From: Octopus sinensis
Taxonomy: Eukaryota
DNA length: 64,000 bases
NCBI RefSeq assembly: GCF_006345805.1
Contig: NC_043018.1
Coordinates: 4,712,001-4,776,000, forward strand
Direction: 5' to 3'
In this document: one piece after another, positions 35,161 through 47,199 of the stretch
How the letters are laid out: the number at the start of each line of letters is the position of its first letter
How positions within the stretch are numbered: position 1 is the first letter of the stretch
The notes under the pieces: model-generated
Databases searched by the model: none
What the model saw: the letters and a program-made list of their open reading frames with translations, nothing else
Told to the model about the DNA's origin: nothing
Program-made: the position numbers and the translations under genes

Positions 35161-37346
35161 GCACATTTTCCAGAATATCTTGGATGAGATGAAAATATGC
35201 ATCTGACATTGTGTTATCAGTGGCCAGGAACATGACAGATGTGATCACATTTATATAAGTCCTTGCCTTTAGTAATTTAAATTAGGTGCACTAATTCACA
35301 TAAATATCTAAAGAGGCACAAGAAGCTAGATATGTATAACAAAATATGAATAATAAACCACTGTACAAAATTAACCAGTTTGATTAAAAGAATCTGTTGC
35401 TTTTATATATCTTTGTTCCTTTCCTTTTCTTTTCTTTTTTAAGTGCCATTCCTAGAAAGGGGTTACTGAGCTATAAAAGGTTGAAAAACCTTGATGTAGA
35501 AGTTTCCCCCTCTACATTGGGATTAAAAGCATTGGGCTGCTGACAGAAATAATAAAAACAGAACATCCTGGAGTTGGAACTTGTTCTCATAGGTTTTGTT
35601 CCACTGTTTTCACAAGAGAATACTTGTTACGCTATTTGTGTCTTATTGTTGCTAAACACCCCATTTCTCCAGATCAAGGAGACTAATGACCAGAGTCATT
35701 ACAACTATGACCAGCTTGAGATGGTCACTGTTGTATTGTATTCAGAGATAGAATACATGGGACTAATTATCTAATGTGCCCTTTCACTCTTTAAGATGGT
35801 AAGATATGATTTGAGAAAGAATGGACTGTTATCTCCAGCAGGTCTAACAACCACACAGACGTTCCCTCATTGATACATTTACTCATGTGATTATTGTTGT
35901 TGCTGTTTCTCCTCTAAATTGGTCTTCAAGAGGTTCCGTGATTAAAGGCATACCAGTTACAGCTTCCTTTTCACACGTTTGATGTCCTTCATTTTTAAGA
36001 GATTTGGTTGTAATTGAATTCTTTTGTTATTGTATTTCAGTTGAAATTCCGATGTCTTTCTTTCAATTAATGTTGAAAATAACGAAGGATTTAGTAAAAA
36101 AACTTTGTCATTAATGTTTCAACACAGGATTTCACATCAGGAATCTTACAAAACAAATACAAAAATATAAATTAAAAACCAAGATTTCATGTTAATTTAT
36201 GTTCCAAATACTAACTTAATAAAGACAAAATTATTTTATTAGATTTGTCATTAATTTCAAAATAAATTGAAACAAAGACAGTATTTCAGTAATACAGTAA
36301 GAAAAAAAAAGGTTAAAAACAAACCTGTCATCAATTTGGGGTTGTTGTTTAGCTCCTGGTTAAGGATTCACCACCTTCATGTCATCTGACACACCTTTAA
36401 AAAGGTGACAGATTGGCCAAGTTGTTCAAGCATTAGACAAAATGCTCTGTTATATGTTCTGTTGGTCTGACCCTCTTTACATTCTGAGTTCAAATCCTGC
36501 TGAAGTCAACTTTGCCTCTTTCGGCATTTCAGGGTCAATAACAAAAAAAGAACCAGTCCATGGCAGAAACAATATTCGACCATATAACTTAGGTTAGCCT
36601 TAGGAATGGCATCCAGCCATAGAAACCAAACCAAGACAGACTAGGGAACTTGCCGCTGCCCCTGGCCTTGCAAGTTCCTGTTCAGCTGTCCAATTCATGC
36701 CAGCATGGAAAACGGGACATTTGATGATGATGGTACCTTGTGGTAATTATCCCAGTTTTTTTATGTTCTGAGTTCAGTTTCCATCATGGCCCCTTTTGGT
36801 GGTAGACTTCTGATTCTCAAACATTTTCTTTTTACCTGTGTACTCCTTTGGTTCTTATTTTGCTCTAGAGGACTCTCAACACCATTCAATGTTTTAAAAA
36901 ATCCTGTTATATTTTTATTGTCAAATATTATCAGGAATTGTTAAAATATATGGTATATTGTAGAAGATATCAGCAATTTATTGCTCATAAATCTTAACAA
37001 CAAAATCTTATGTGGAGGTCACATGGAGCCTGGTTGAGAAACCCTTGGCTTATCCCATCGTTTAGTTTAACACTTTGAGTATCTTTAGTGGAGTCCACTC
37101 TGTTGTGAGCAATAAGGAGAGGTCACTGGTTTAAGGATATTTTCCTGTCTGCCTCTCCCCCCCTTCCCCCTCTCTCTCCCACCAGTCTGGGAGATACTGT
37201 AAAGTTTCATAACAAAAGGAAGACAAGACTCCTGGGTTTGTAGGTTGATAAAATAATCAGTGCAGACCAGTGGATTATTTATTCCCAACCACACACTTTG
37301 CCAGTGCCGATATCTATGTATGTATGTATATGTATATGTGTGTATG

Positions 37347-37379
<33 letters not shown>

Positions 37380-37833
37380 ATATATATATGTAGATAGATA
37401 GATATCTTTTTTGTTTGTTAGTCATTAGACTGAGGCCACACTGGAGCACTGCCTTGGATTTCATTTTTTTTTTTTATTCAAATGACTCAACTTCAGTACT
37501 CGTTTTTTTAAAACCTGGTAATTATTCTGATGGTCACTTTTGGCAAACTGCTAAGTTATGGGAATGAAAAATAAACTACCACTGGTTGTTAAGAAGTGGT
37601 GGGGTGACAAACACACACACATATATTCATATGACAGGCTTCTTTCAGTTTCTGTATACCAAATCCACTCACAAGGCTTTAATTGGCCTGAGGCTATAGA
37701 AGAAGACACTTGCCCAAGGTGCCACAAAGTGGGCCTGAACCCAGAACCACATGATTGGGAAGTAAGCTTCTTACCACACAACCATGCCTGTGCCAATATA
37801 TATATATATATATATATTTGTGTGGAGCGTGCA

Positions 37834-37873
<40 letters not shown>

Positions 37874-37908
37874 GTGTGTGTGTGTATGTGTATATATGTA
37901 TATATATA

Positions 37909-37939
<31 letters not shown>

Positions 37940-38347
37940 TTTATTTATAGAAGGAGCTTCTACAGGACTAGAACTGTTTCATTCAGATGAAATCTTCAGG
38001 AAGCTGGCTGTCAATATAAGGGTCTGGTATTTATACATTTAGGCAGATTTAATGAGGTGGTGGTGGGGGACGTTTTTTGGGTAAGTTGGTATTTAGGAGA
38101 TAAACAGGGCGCAAACTATTGTTCTTAGGGGAGTGGTCAAAAGGCCAGAGAGTTTTTTGAAATGGGAAGAATCAGTGAGAAAGTAAATAAATGAATAAAT
38201 AGGTTAATTGAATAGAATCAGATATGTGGGATGGGGTTTTAGGTAAATTAGAAGACAATTGCTTTTAGTTAGTTTGGTATTGTTAAGTGGAGGGAAGAAG
38301 TAGATAAATATACATGACTCAACCCGGGACCTACATATATATATATA

Positions 38348-39193
38348 CTAGCAGAATTGCCCGGCGTTGCTCGGGGCTGAATTGCTTGAAAGTACTGTTA
38401 ATGATTGCACTGAATTATGATGATTATTCAGGCAAATATTGATATAAGCTTACGGTGGGAGATAAGGACTTAACGATCAAACGTGTGCCATTGCATTGTT
38501 TTGGGGGAGCCAAATTTCTGATGAGCATTATAGGGGCACCAACTTTAAGTTTGAGAAAGTGTGGTGGTAGTCCGGGGTGCTCAAAGGAATTGAGTACCTC
38601 TATTGAATAGTTGATGACGTCCTCTGGGTCAGGAGTTGTATCAATAGACTGATATACATAGACTTCCCCAGGAATGAGTTTTAGCATTTCATCATTAATA
38701 TGGTGAACAGTTTTATTCCTCGGGGCCAGTATAGCCTTTTTGCCAATCCAATCCATATTCTGATAATTAGCTTGTAGATCTGGGAACACTGCATATCTGA
38801 GATCAGAAGGCGTCTTAACAATGGTACAAATGGAATCGATGGCAATATTACCATTTTCATCCCCTGGTATTTTGCCTTCGCCAAGTGCAAGGAGGGTGTG
38901 AGGAAATGCTGCTGATGTGATATTACGTCGCATATGAGCACGCATATTGGTGTGAAGTTTGAGAGTTACTTCCGTTTATTTTAAAAATATGCATTAAAAT
39001 GGAAAAAAATGATGGTAAATTATTTGTAAAATCATAGACTCATCGTAGACGCGCGCTAATACCCAGAAGGGCTCGATATGAATCACGACTATAAGATACC
39101 CGGTTTTGGTTAAACTGCATCGCAAAATGTGGGAGTAGTTAGGAATCTAAATCGGAGTAGACAGACACAAAACCTTTCTTTTATATATAAATA
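38348..39193 (-). mobile_element. Internally deleted Helitron, 846 bp, retaining a PIF1-type helicase fragment (38424..38945)
   Basis: Same 3' hairpin CCCGAGCAACGCCGGG and CTAG|T as 14028..14420, and about 230 bp of near-identical 5' sequence (terminal TC reads TA). ORF has AILAPRNKTVHHIN, LKLKVGAPIMLIRNL..CNGTRLIV. Confidence 0.88.
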
Positions 39194-39679
39194 TTTTCGT
39201 CCTAAAAAACTTTGTATGGATTGAATGGTTACCTCTATGGAAATATATACACGCACATTATACATACATGTGTGTATAGATGAATATATAAATACATTTA
39301 AATATCTATATACACTTTTGGGCGATCTTTCTGTTTCTTAGAGATAACTTTAGATCTTATTTTCGTGCTAAAAAACTTTGTATGGAGTGAATGGTTACCT
39401 CTATGGAAATATATACACACACGTTATACATACATGTGTGCATAGATGAATATATAAATACATTTATATATCTATATACACTTTTGGGCGATCTCTGTGC
39501 TACTTAGAGATAACTTTAGATCTTATTTTCGTCCTAAAAAACTTTGTGCGGAGTGAATGGTTACGTGTATGGAAAATATACACACACATTATACATACAT
39601 CTGTGTATAGATGAATATATAAATACATTTAAATATCTATATACGCTTTTGGGCGATCTTTCTGCTACTTGGATATAGG
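39192..39679. repeat. 166-bp tandem repeat x about 3
   Basis: TATTTTCGT(C/G)CTAAAAAACTTTG recurs at 39192, 39358, 39524; a remnant resumes after 40138. Confidence 0.9.
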
Positions 39680-40130
39680 GGCGATGTTTCGCTTGTCGTA
39701 GCACACGTTTCCGTCGATTTCCGTAAAAAATGTAAACACTGAATCGGCCATACATACATACATACATACACACACACATACATACACACACACACACACA
39801 CATACATGCATACATACATATACACATAAACCGAGTAAAAAATTTCAGTTATCTCTCTCTTTCACACATTACTCTCTCTGTCTCTTCACACACACTAACA
39901 GAAGCACTTCACTTACACAACATACTGTCTGTCTCCCACACTCCATCAAACACACACACACACACACACATGTACATCAATGCGTCCCATGCACGGTAAC
40001 TTCAAAAGAACTTCCCTCGTCATACAATCGCTTTCTCTTAGTCTCTTTCGCTCTCATTACTTATGTAAAAAAATAAAAGTTTTTTACGGAAATCGACGGA
40101 AACCTGTGCTACGACAAGCGAAACATCGCC
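39680..40130. mobile_element. MITE, 451 bp, 51-bp TIRs, 8-bp TSD GATATAGG
   Basis: TIRs 39680..39730 and 40080..40130 (GGCGATGTTTCGCTTGTCG...) with one mismatch; TSD at 39672..39679 and 40131..40138. Confidence 0.9.
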
Positions 40131-40469
40131 GATATAGGTCTTATATTCGTCCTAAAATACTTTCCTGTCACACACTCACGCACACACACACACACAACAC
40201 ACACACACACACACACCCTCACACACACGCACACACACACACTCACACACACGCACATTAGCTTACAATTTTATTTATATATTTGCGTGTCTATGTGTGT
40301 AAAGAGGAAGTGGCAGACTGAAACACACACACACACACACACACGCACCCTCACACACACACACACACACGCACACACACACTCACACACACGCACACGC
40401 ACGTTAGCTTACAATTTTATTTATATATTTGCGTGTCTATGTGTGTAAAGAGGAAGTGGCAGACTGAAA

Positions 40470-40764
40470 GAGTCACTCACTACAAAAGGTGAATTACTTT
40501 CATTTTATTTGTTGCACACTGTGTGTGTGCGTGTGCGTGTGGTGTAAAACACATTAAGAAAAGCATTTGACATACACACCAGAATGTGAGTTTTCTGTAA
40601 ATTTTGCTTAATTGGAGTTTAAATTTTAAAAAGTGGACCTGGCAAAACCCGATACATTCTACTCTTAAAAATGCTAAGTAAATTGTAATTGAAGAAATCC
40701 TATATTGTAGATTTCTATAAGTGACAAAGGGAGGCAGATAAAATCTGTCTTTTATAATAAGAGA
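40470..40764 (-). mobile_element. Helitron-like 5' terminal segment
   Basis: Minus strand begins A|TCTCTTATTATAAAAGACAG next to (TA)n; no private 3' end found. Confidence 0.5.
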
Positions 40765-41471
40765 TATATATATATATACACAGGTAAAAGAATAAGAGAG
40801 AGTATTTATATTATTTTATGACTGAAGGCCACGCATCCTCTTCCAAGTCAGTTTTATCTTAATTCTGATGTGCACTTTATACGATCTTTTTACTTTTTTG
40901 TTTTTCTCTTTTACTCTCTTATTCCTTTACCTCCTCTTCTCCTACTATTCTATCCTATTACTCTGTCACTCTCTCTCCCTCACTCCTCCTCCCTTGCTCA
41001 CGTGACTATCGGCCATCTTTCATTCTTCTAACTTGTGTTTCTTTCTTCTCTCCTTTGTAGCTGGAACAAAGAAGACTTTTTCTTGTCTGTCTCCTGTCCA
41101 AGCTTGATTTACATGTTCCCCACCACAACCTCGTTTAGGCTTAGCTCCCATTCCTGTTTGTTTTCACTGTCTTGTTTGTGTTACCAATTTTGACCCTCTG
41201 CAAAATCTCAAATTTAATTTAATTTGCTTTGTGGGAGGACCTGTTTTATTAAAAGTGTATATTGTTGTTAAATGCTAGAAATACGAGAGTAGAAAAACAG
41301 CCAACAACTGATGAAGGGTCGTTTGTTATGTTGTTTGTTTTGTTTTCCATTTGTGTCTTTCGTTGTTCATATTCCATGTTCTCATACTTCGACATTTCAT
41401 GACATCTTGTGCCCACCTATGCATTCATTTATATGTATAGATGTAAGTATGTACATATATATATGTATATA

Positions 41472-41508
<37 letters not shown>

Positions 41509-41640
41509 TATATTATGTAATGTATATGCATATATATATATATATTATTTATATTATGTAATGTATATGTGTATATATATATGTATATGTATATGTGTAT
41601 ATATATATATAATATATATATATATATGTATATATATATG

Positions 41641-41675
<35 letters not shown>

Positions 41676-41719
41676 GTATATATATATATGTATATGTGTA
41701 TATGGATGTATGTATGTAT

Positions 41720-42300
41720 ATTATTTTCCCTTCTCTATGCCTGCGAGACGTGGGTCACATATCGATACCACCTTAAACAACTGGAACATTTCCATCAGAT
41801 GTGCTTCAGATGGATCTATGGCATTAAGTGGATCTTGAAATATTGGAAGGCACTCGGTGTGAAAGTATAGAATCTCTTGTGTTAAAGCAAAGGCTCAGAT
41901 GGAGTAGTCATCTTGTCAGGATGAAGGATTCAAGGATGCCAAAACAACTCTTTTATGGAGAGTTAGCTAAAGGAGAACGACCTCCACATAAACCAAAAAA
42001 GAGGTATAAGGACTTGCTGAAGGTTTCCTTAAGAGATGCTTGCATCTCTCCTGACACATGGGAAGGCATGGCTATTGATCTAGCAGGTGGAGAAGGATTG
42101 TGCATGAGGGGACAGCCACTTTTGAGAAATCTCGAGTTGCACATGAGAAAGTAAAGAGGGATGTCAGGAAGGGCATCGCTGTTACACTTCCAGATGGGAA
42201 GGGTCTTCCTTTGATGCTGACATGCAATGTCTGTGCAAGACCCTGCCTCAGTAAAGCTGGATTCAAGAGTCATCTTCGTAGTCATAAAGTGAGACAGATG
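41720..42300 (+). mobile_element. RTE (BovB-like) 3' relic with one C-terminal C2H2 finger
   Basis: [32 protein letters not shown], then TCNVCARPCLSKAGFKSHLRSH. Confidence 0.8.
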
Positions 42301-43101
42301 AGTGACAACCTGGCCACTGGTGGTGGTGTAACACACCATACTAATCATATCTGCGGGCATGTGGAAGATAGTGTAATTCGGCAGGAGGACTTAAACGACA
42401 TGCAAAGGCACATGAAGCCCAGTTACAACTACAGCCGGCTATTACCAGTAAAGGTTTTAGTTGCCAATTTTGTACAAGACATTGTAGATCTTTAGCTGGG
42501 CTAAAAAGTCACATTCGATCACAGCGCCAGTAACAGTTAAGCTTCGTGTAATGGCCATACTTGATAATGAGGGGGCAGCCATAATAATATTTTCTAAAAT
42601 ATTTGAAGGTACGGGTAGTACTATGTATACACAATGCCCCCAGCTCTAAACAGTTATTTAACAGGTTTACATTATCCTTATGTTTAAAAATTTCATATAT
42701 ATATATATATAAATATGAGTGCTCCATCATAGTTTAGCAACTATTATATTGGCCTATGCCCCTCAGCCAGGGTTACCCGATGGGCAGAAAGACCGTTTCT
42801 ATGACACCCTACTGCAGACCACCTCATTGACGAACAACAGGGACCTTCTCTTTGTGGCTGGTGACTTCAATGGGCATGTTGGACGATATGCTGAGGGCTT
42901 CTATGGCGTTCATGGAGGCTATGGTTATGGTTCTCGCAATGAGGAGGGAACCAGGCTGCTGGAGTTCTGTGATGCGAATAGTCTTATGGTTTGCAACACT
43001 AACTTCAGGAAACCAACAAGCTACTTGGTCACCTACCGTTCGGGCCAGCATACTAGCCAAATCAACTACATCCTTGCCAGAAAAAGGAAATATGGCTGCT
43101 T

Positions 43102-45471
43102 ATGAATGCCAAAACCTTCCCAGGTGAAGAATGTACCCCACAACATAGAATGGTAGTCAGTGACTTTAGGATCAGGACTAAGAGGACGACTAGAAGACGA
43201 CCAACATGGAGAAGAAGGGTCTGGAAGCTTAAAGACCCTGCTAATGGACAGAGATTTAGAGACATGTTACTCGAAGCCTTCGATGAAATAGAAGGAGGCA
43301 TAGCTACACATAGGGTAGAAGATAACTGGGCACTTCTAAGGGACAACCTGCTGAAAGCCACTGACCAGATCTGTGGCTGGTGCAAAGTCCCCACAAGACC
43401 CAAAATAACGTGGTGGTGGAACAATACTGTTGACAGGGCTATTAGACAAAAGAAACAGGCTTGGAAGGACTGGAAGAACGGTGGTAGCAGGGAAGTGTAT
43501 CAGACTGCAAGAAGGGAAGCTAGGAGGCAGGTTTATTTAGCCAGAGGGGAAGCAGATTGGAAAAAATTTGCCAATGTCCTGCGCCGTGAGGATGAAAGAC
43601 TTGAGGTATTTCGTATAGCAAGACAGTGTGTGAGAGAGAATCGTGACGTGGTAGGAGAAAAATGTGTTCGCACGGATGACGGCTCACTTGCGCTAAATGA
43701 GGATGCAAAGAGAGAGGTTTGGAGAAGCCACTATGAAAGGTTGCTGAATGAGGAAAATGAATGGGATAAAGAGAGTCTGCCGAATGTTGACCCAACAGAG
43801 GGACCAGCAATCCGAGTCGACAGTTCCTTAGTAGATAAGGCAATTAAAAGCATGAAGACAGGTAAAGCCCCAGGCCCATCAGGAATTACTGCAGAGATGC
43901 TCAAAATATCTGGTAGTGTCGGCTATAGCCTAGTCACCCGTATAGTTAACCAGGTGATACACGAAGGAGTCATTCCCAATGACTGGTGTAGCAGCATAAT
44001 AGTCAGCTGCTACAAAGGTAAAGGTGACGCCCTAGATACAAATAACTACAGGGGTATCAAGCTGGTGGATCAGGTAATGAAGGTTACGGAGAGGGTTATA
44101 GCCCAACTAATTAGAGAGAGAGTTAGTTTAGATCAGATGCAGTTTGGGTTCGTGCCAGGGAAAAGTACTACTGATGCTATTTTCATGGTAAGACAGCTGC
44201 AAGAGAAATACCTAGCCAAAGACAAGCCCCTATACCTGGCTTTTGTTGATATGGAGAAAGCCTTCGACAGGGTCCCCCGATCCCTCATCTGGTGGTCAAT
44301 GAGGAAACTAGGGATAGATGAATGGTTAGTGAAAGCTGTACAAGCCATGTACAGAGACGCTGCTAGTAAGGTGAGGGTTGGCACCGAGTACAGTGAAGAA
44401 TTCAGGGTAGAGGTTGGGGTCCACCAAGGTTCAGTCCTCAGTCCCCTCCTATTTATCATAGTCCTCCAGGCAATAACGGAGGAATTCAAGACAGGATGCC
44501 CCTGGGAGCTCCTCTATGCTGATGACATTGCTCTAGTTGCTGAGTCTCAATCAGAACTAGAGGAGAAGTTTCAGGTATGGAAACAAGGTTTAGAATCGAA
44601 GGGCCTCAGAGTCAATCTAGCTAAAACCAAAGTCGTAATCAGTAGGAAGGTAGACCAATCACAAACGCCTTCAGGTAGATGGCCTTGCTCGATCTGTAGA
44701 AAAGGTGTAGGTAGAAACTCTATAAGATGCACCCAGTGTAAGCTATGGACACATAAGAGGTGCAGCAATGTCAAAGGAAGGCTAACTAGGAAGATGGTTT
44801 TTGTATGTGGCAGATGCTCAGGAACAATTAACACTGAAAATGCTCTGAGACCAACTTCCGTCACTTTCCAGGGAGAAAAGCTAGAAGTAGTTGATAGTTT
44901 CCGTTACCTAGGTGACCAAGTCAGTAGCGGGGGCGGGTGCGCTGAAAGTATAACTGCTAGAGTAAGAATAGCCTGGGCAAAGTTTAGAGAGCTCCTACCC
45001 CTGCTGGTGACAAAAGGCCTCTCGCTCAAAGTAAAAGGCAGACTGTATGATGCATGTGTACGTACAGCCATGCTACATGGTAGTGAAACTTGGGCTGTGA
45101 CTGCTGAGGATTTGCGTAAGCTCGCAAGAAATGAAGCTAGTATGCTCCGATGGATGTGTAACGTCAGTGTTCATAATCGACAGAGTGTAAGTACCTTGAG
45201 AGAAAAGTTGAACCTAAGAAGCATCAGTTGTTGTGTGCAAGAGAGACGTATGCGCTGGTATGGTCATGTGATGAGAATGGCTGAAGATAGTTGTGTGCGA
45301 AAGTGCCACACCCTGGCAGTTGAGGGGACCTGTGGAAGAGGTAGACCCAGGAAAACCTGGGTCGAGGCGGTGAAGCACGACCTTCGAACTTTAGGTCTCA
45401 CCAAGGAAATGACCAGTGACCGAGACCTTTGGAGGTATGCTGTGCGTGAGAAAACCCGGCAAGACCAGTGA
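43102..45471 (+). pseudogene. RTE ORF2 (reverse transcriptase) open for 789 aa, with an inserted C4HC3 finger
   Basis: KAPGPSG, NYRGIKL, QFGFVPGKSTTDAIF, DMEKAFDRV, GVHQGSVLSPLLF, LYADDIAL, FRYLG, RWYGHVMR, RGRPRKTW; N-terminus disconnected by frameshift and truncation. Confidence 0.9.
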
Positions 45472-45499
45472 GAACAGTCAAAATCAAGATCAAACCAAA

Positions 45500-46110
45500 T
45501 TGAGGTCGATCAACATCAGGGCCCCCATGCAGGTGACACGTAAAAATACCATCCGTTCATAGCCGTTTGCCAGCCCTGTCTGGCCCCCATGTCGGTGGCA
45601 CGTAAAGGCACCATCCGTTTGTGGCCGTTTGCCAGCCTGGCCTGGCCCCCGTGCCGGTGACACGTAAAAGCACCATCCGTTCGTGGCCGTTGCCAGCCCT
45701 GTCTGGCCCCCATGTCGGTGACATGTAAAAGCACCATCCGTTCGTGTCCGTTGCCAGCCTCGCCTGGCCCCCGTGCCGGTGACACGTAAAAGTACCATCC
45801 GTTCATGGCCATTTGCCAGCCCTGTCTGGCCCCCGTGTCGGTGGGATGTAAAAGTACCATACCATCTGTTCGTGTCCGTTGCCAGCCTCGCCTGGCCCCC
45901 GTGCCGGTGACACGTAAAAGCACCATCCGTTTCGTGGCCGTTTGCCAGCTCTGTCTGGCCCCCGTGTTGGTGGCACGTAAAAGCACCATCCGTTCGTGTC
46001 CGTTGCCAGCCTCGCCTGGCCCCGTGCCGGTGACACGTAAAAGCACCATCCGTTCGTGGCCGTTTGCCAGGTCTGTCTGGCACCTGTGCGGGTGGCACGA
46101 AAAAAGCACC
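45500..46110. repeat. About 61-bp GC-rich minisatellite x9-10 in the LINE 3' UTR
   Basis: (G/A)(C/T)ACCATCCG recurs near 45547, 45609, 45670, 45731, 45792, 45854, 45920, 45982, 46043. Confidence 0.9.
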
Positions 46111-46304
46111 CACTACACTCACGGAGTGGTTGGCGTTAGGAAGGGCATCCAGTCGTAGAAACACTGCCAGATCTGACTGGGCCTGATGAAGCCTTCCAGC
46201 TTCACAGACCCCAGTTGAACCGTCCAACCCATGCTAACATGGAGAACGGACGCTAAATGATGATGATGATGATGATGATATATATATGTATATATATGTA
46301 TATA

Positions 46305-46357
<53 letters not shown>

Positions 46358-46403
46358 ATATATGTATATATATGTATATATATATATGTATGTATATATA
46401 TAT

Positions 46404-46846
46404 ATATATATGAAAAAACAAGTCAAGATAGAAAATGCTAAAATAATTTTATAAAGAACATTTCAGTCATTTTGAGACCTTTTCAACTGTAACGATTAAA
46501 TAATTAAATTTAGAAAAATTAAAAGCAAAGTTTTTTTAAAAGAATATTTGTATAGTGTTCAAATATAAGTGGCATTTTCCTTGTTTCTGCCTTTCTCTGT
46601 CTCTCTTGTTTACTCTTGTGGGTTCGAGTCACAAGTGTAAACAAGAGAGACAGAGAAAGGCAGAAACAAAGAAAATGCCACTTATATTTGAACACTATAC
46701 AAATATTCTTTTAAAAAAACTTTGCTTTTAATTTTTCTAAATTTAATTATTTAATCGTTACAGTTGAAAAGGTCTCAAAATGACTGAAATGTTCTTTATA
46801 AAATTATTTTAGCATTTTCTATCTTGACTTGTTTTTTCATATATAT
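46404..46846. repeat. Near-perfect palindrome: 217-bp arms, 9-nt loop, 2 mismatches
   Basis: Arm 46404..46620 read base by base against the reverse complement of 46630..46846; loop GGTTCGAGT. Confidence 0.95.
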
Positions 46847-46874
46847 CAACTCGTGTGTTCCTTTTCATCCTTAT

Positions 46875-46948
<74 letters not shown>

Positions 46949-47199
46949 GTGTGTGTATGTATATATGTATATGTATATACATATGTATAGGAGCACTCCT
47001 CCATTGGTTACGATGATGAGGGTCTCAGCTGAAACGATCAATGGAACAGCCTGCTCGTGAAATAAAGTGTCTTGCACAAAGACACAACGCACTGCCGGGA
47101 ATTGAACTCATGACCTTACGATCATGAACCGAATGCCCCTAACCACTAAGCCACGTGCCTTCACATATATGTATATGTATGTATATATATATATACATA

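Larger units (their letters stand above)
42728..46279 (+). mobile_element. Young 5'-truncated RTE LINE: partial endonuclease, RT, minisatellite 3' UTR, (TGA)n tail
   Basis: EN motifs AYAPQ, AGDFNGHVG, CNTNF, QINY; one frameshift near 43090; 789-aa ORF; tail ends CCGTCCAACCCATGCTAACATGG...TGATGATGA. Confidence 0.93.

Noticed and set aside
42728-45471. Autonomous, currently active LINE
   Set aside because: The endonuclease is 5'-truncated, frameshifted near 43090, and the usual QIDY motif reads QINY; the copy is young but not self-mobilising
45490-46227. 245-aa and 197-aa repetitive minus-strand ORFs
   Set aside because: Antisense readings of the LINE 3' UTR minisatellite with no domain signature
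46763-46791. Hammerhead-ribozyme-like string TTGAAAAG-GTC-loop-GAC-TGAAAT in the palindrome arm
   Set aside because: Lacks the required C3 and G8 of CUGANGA, and stems I/III are not evident; at best a decayed resemblance
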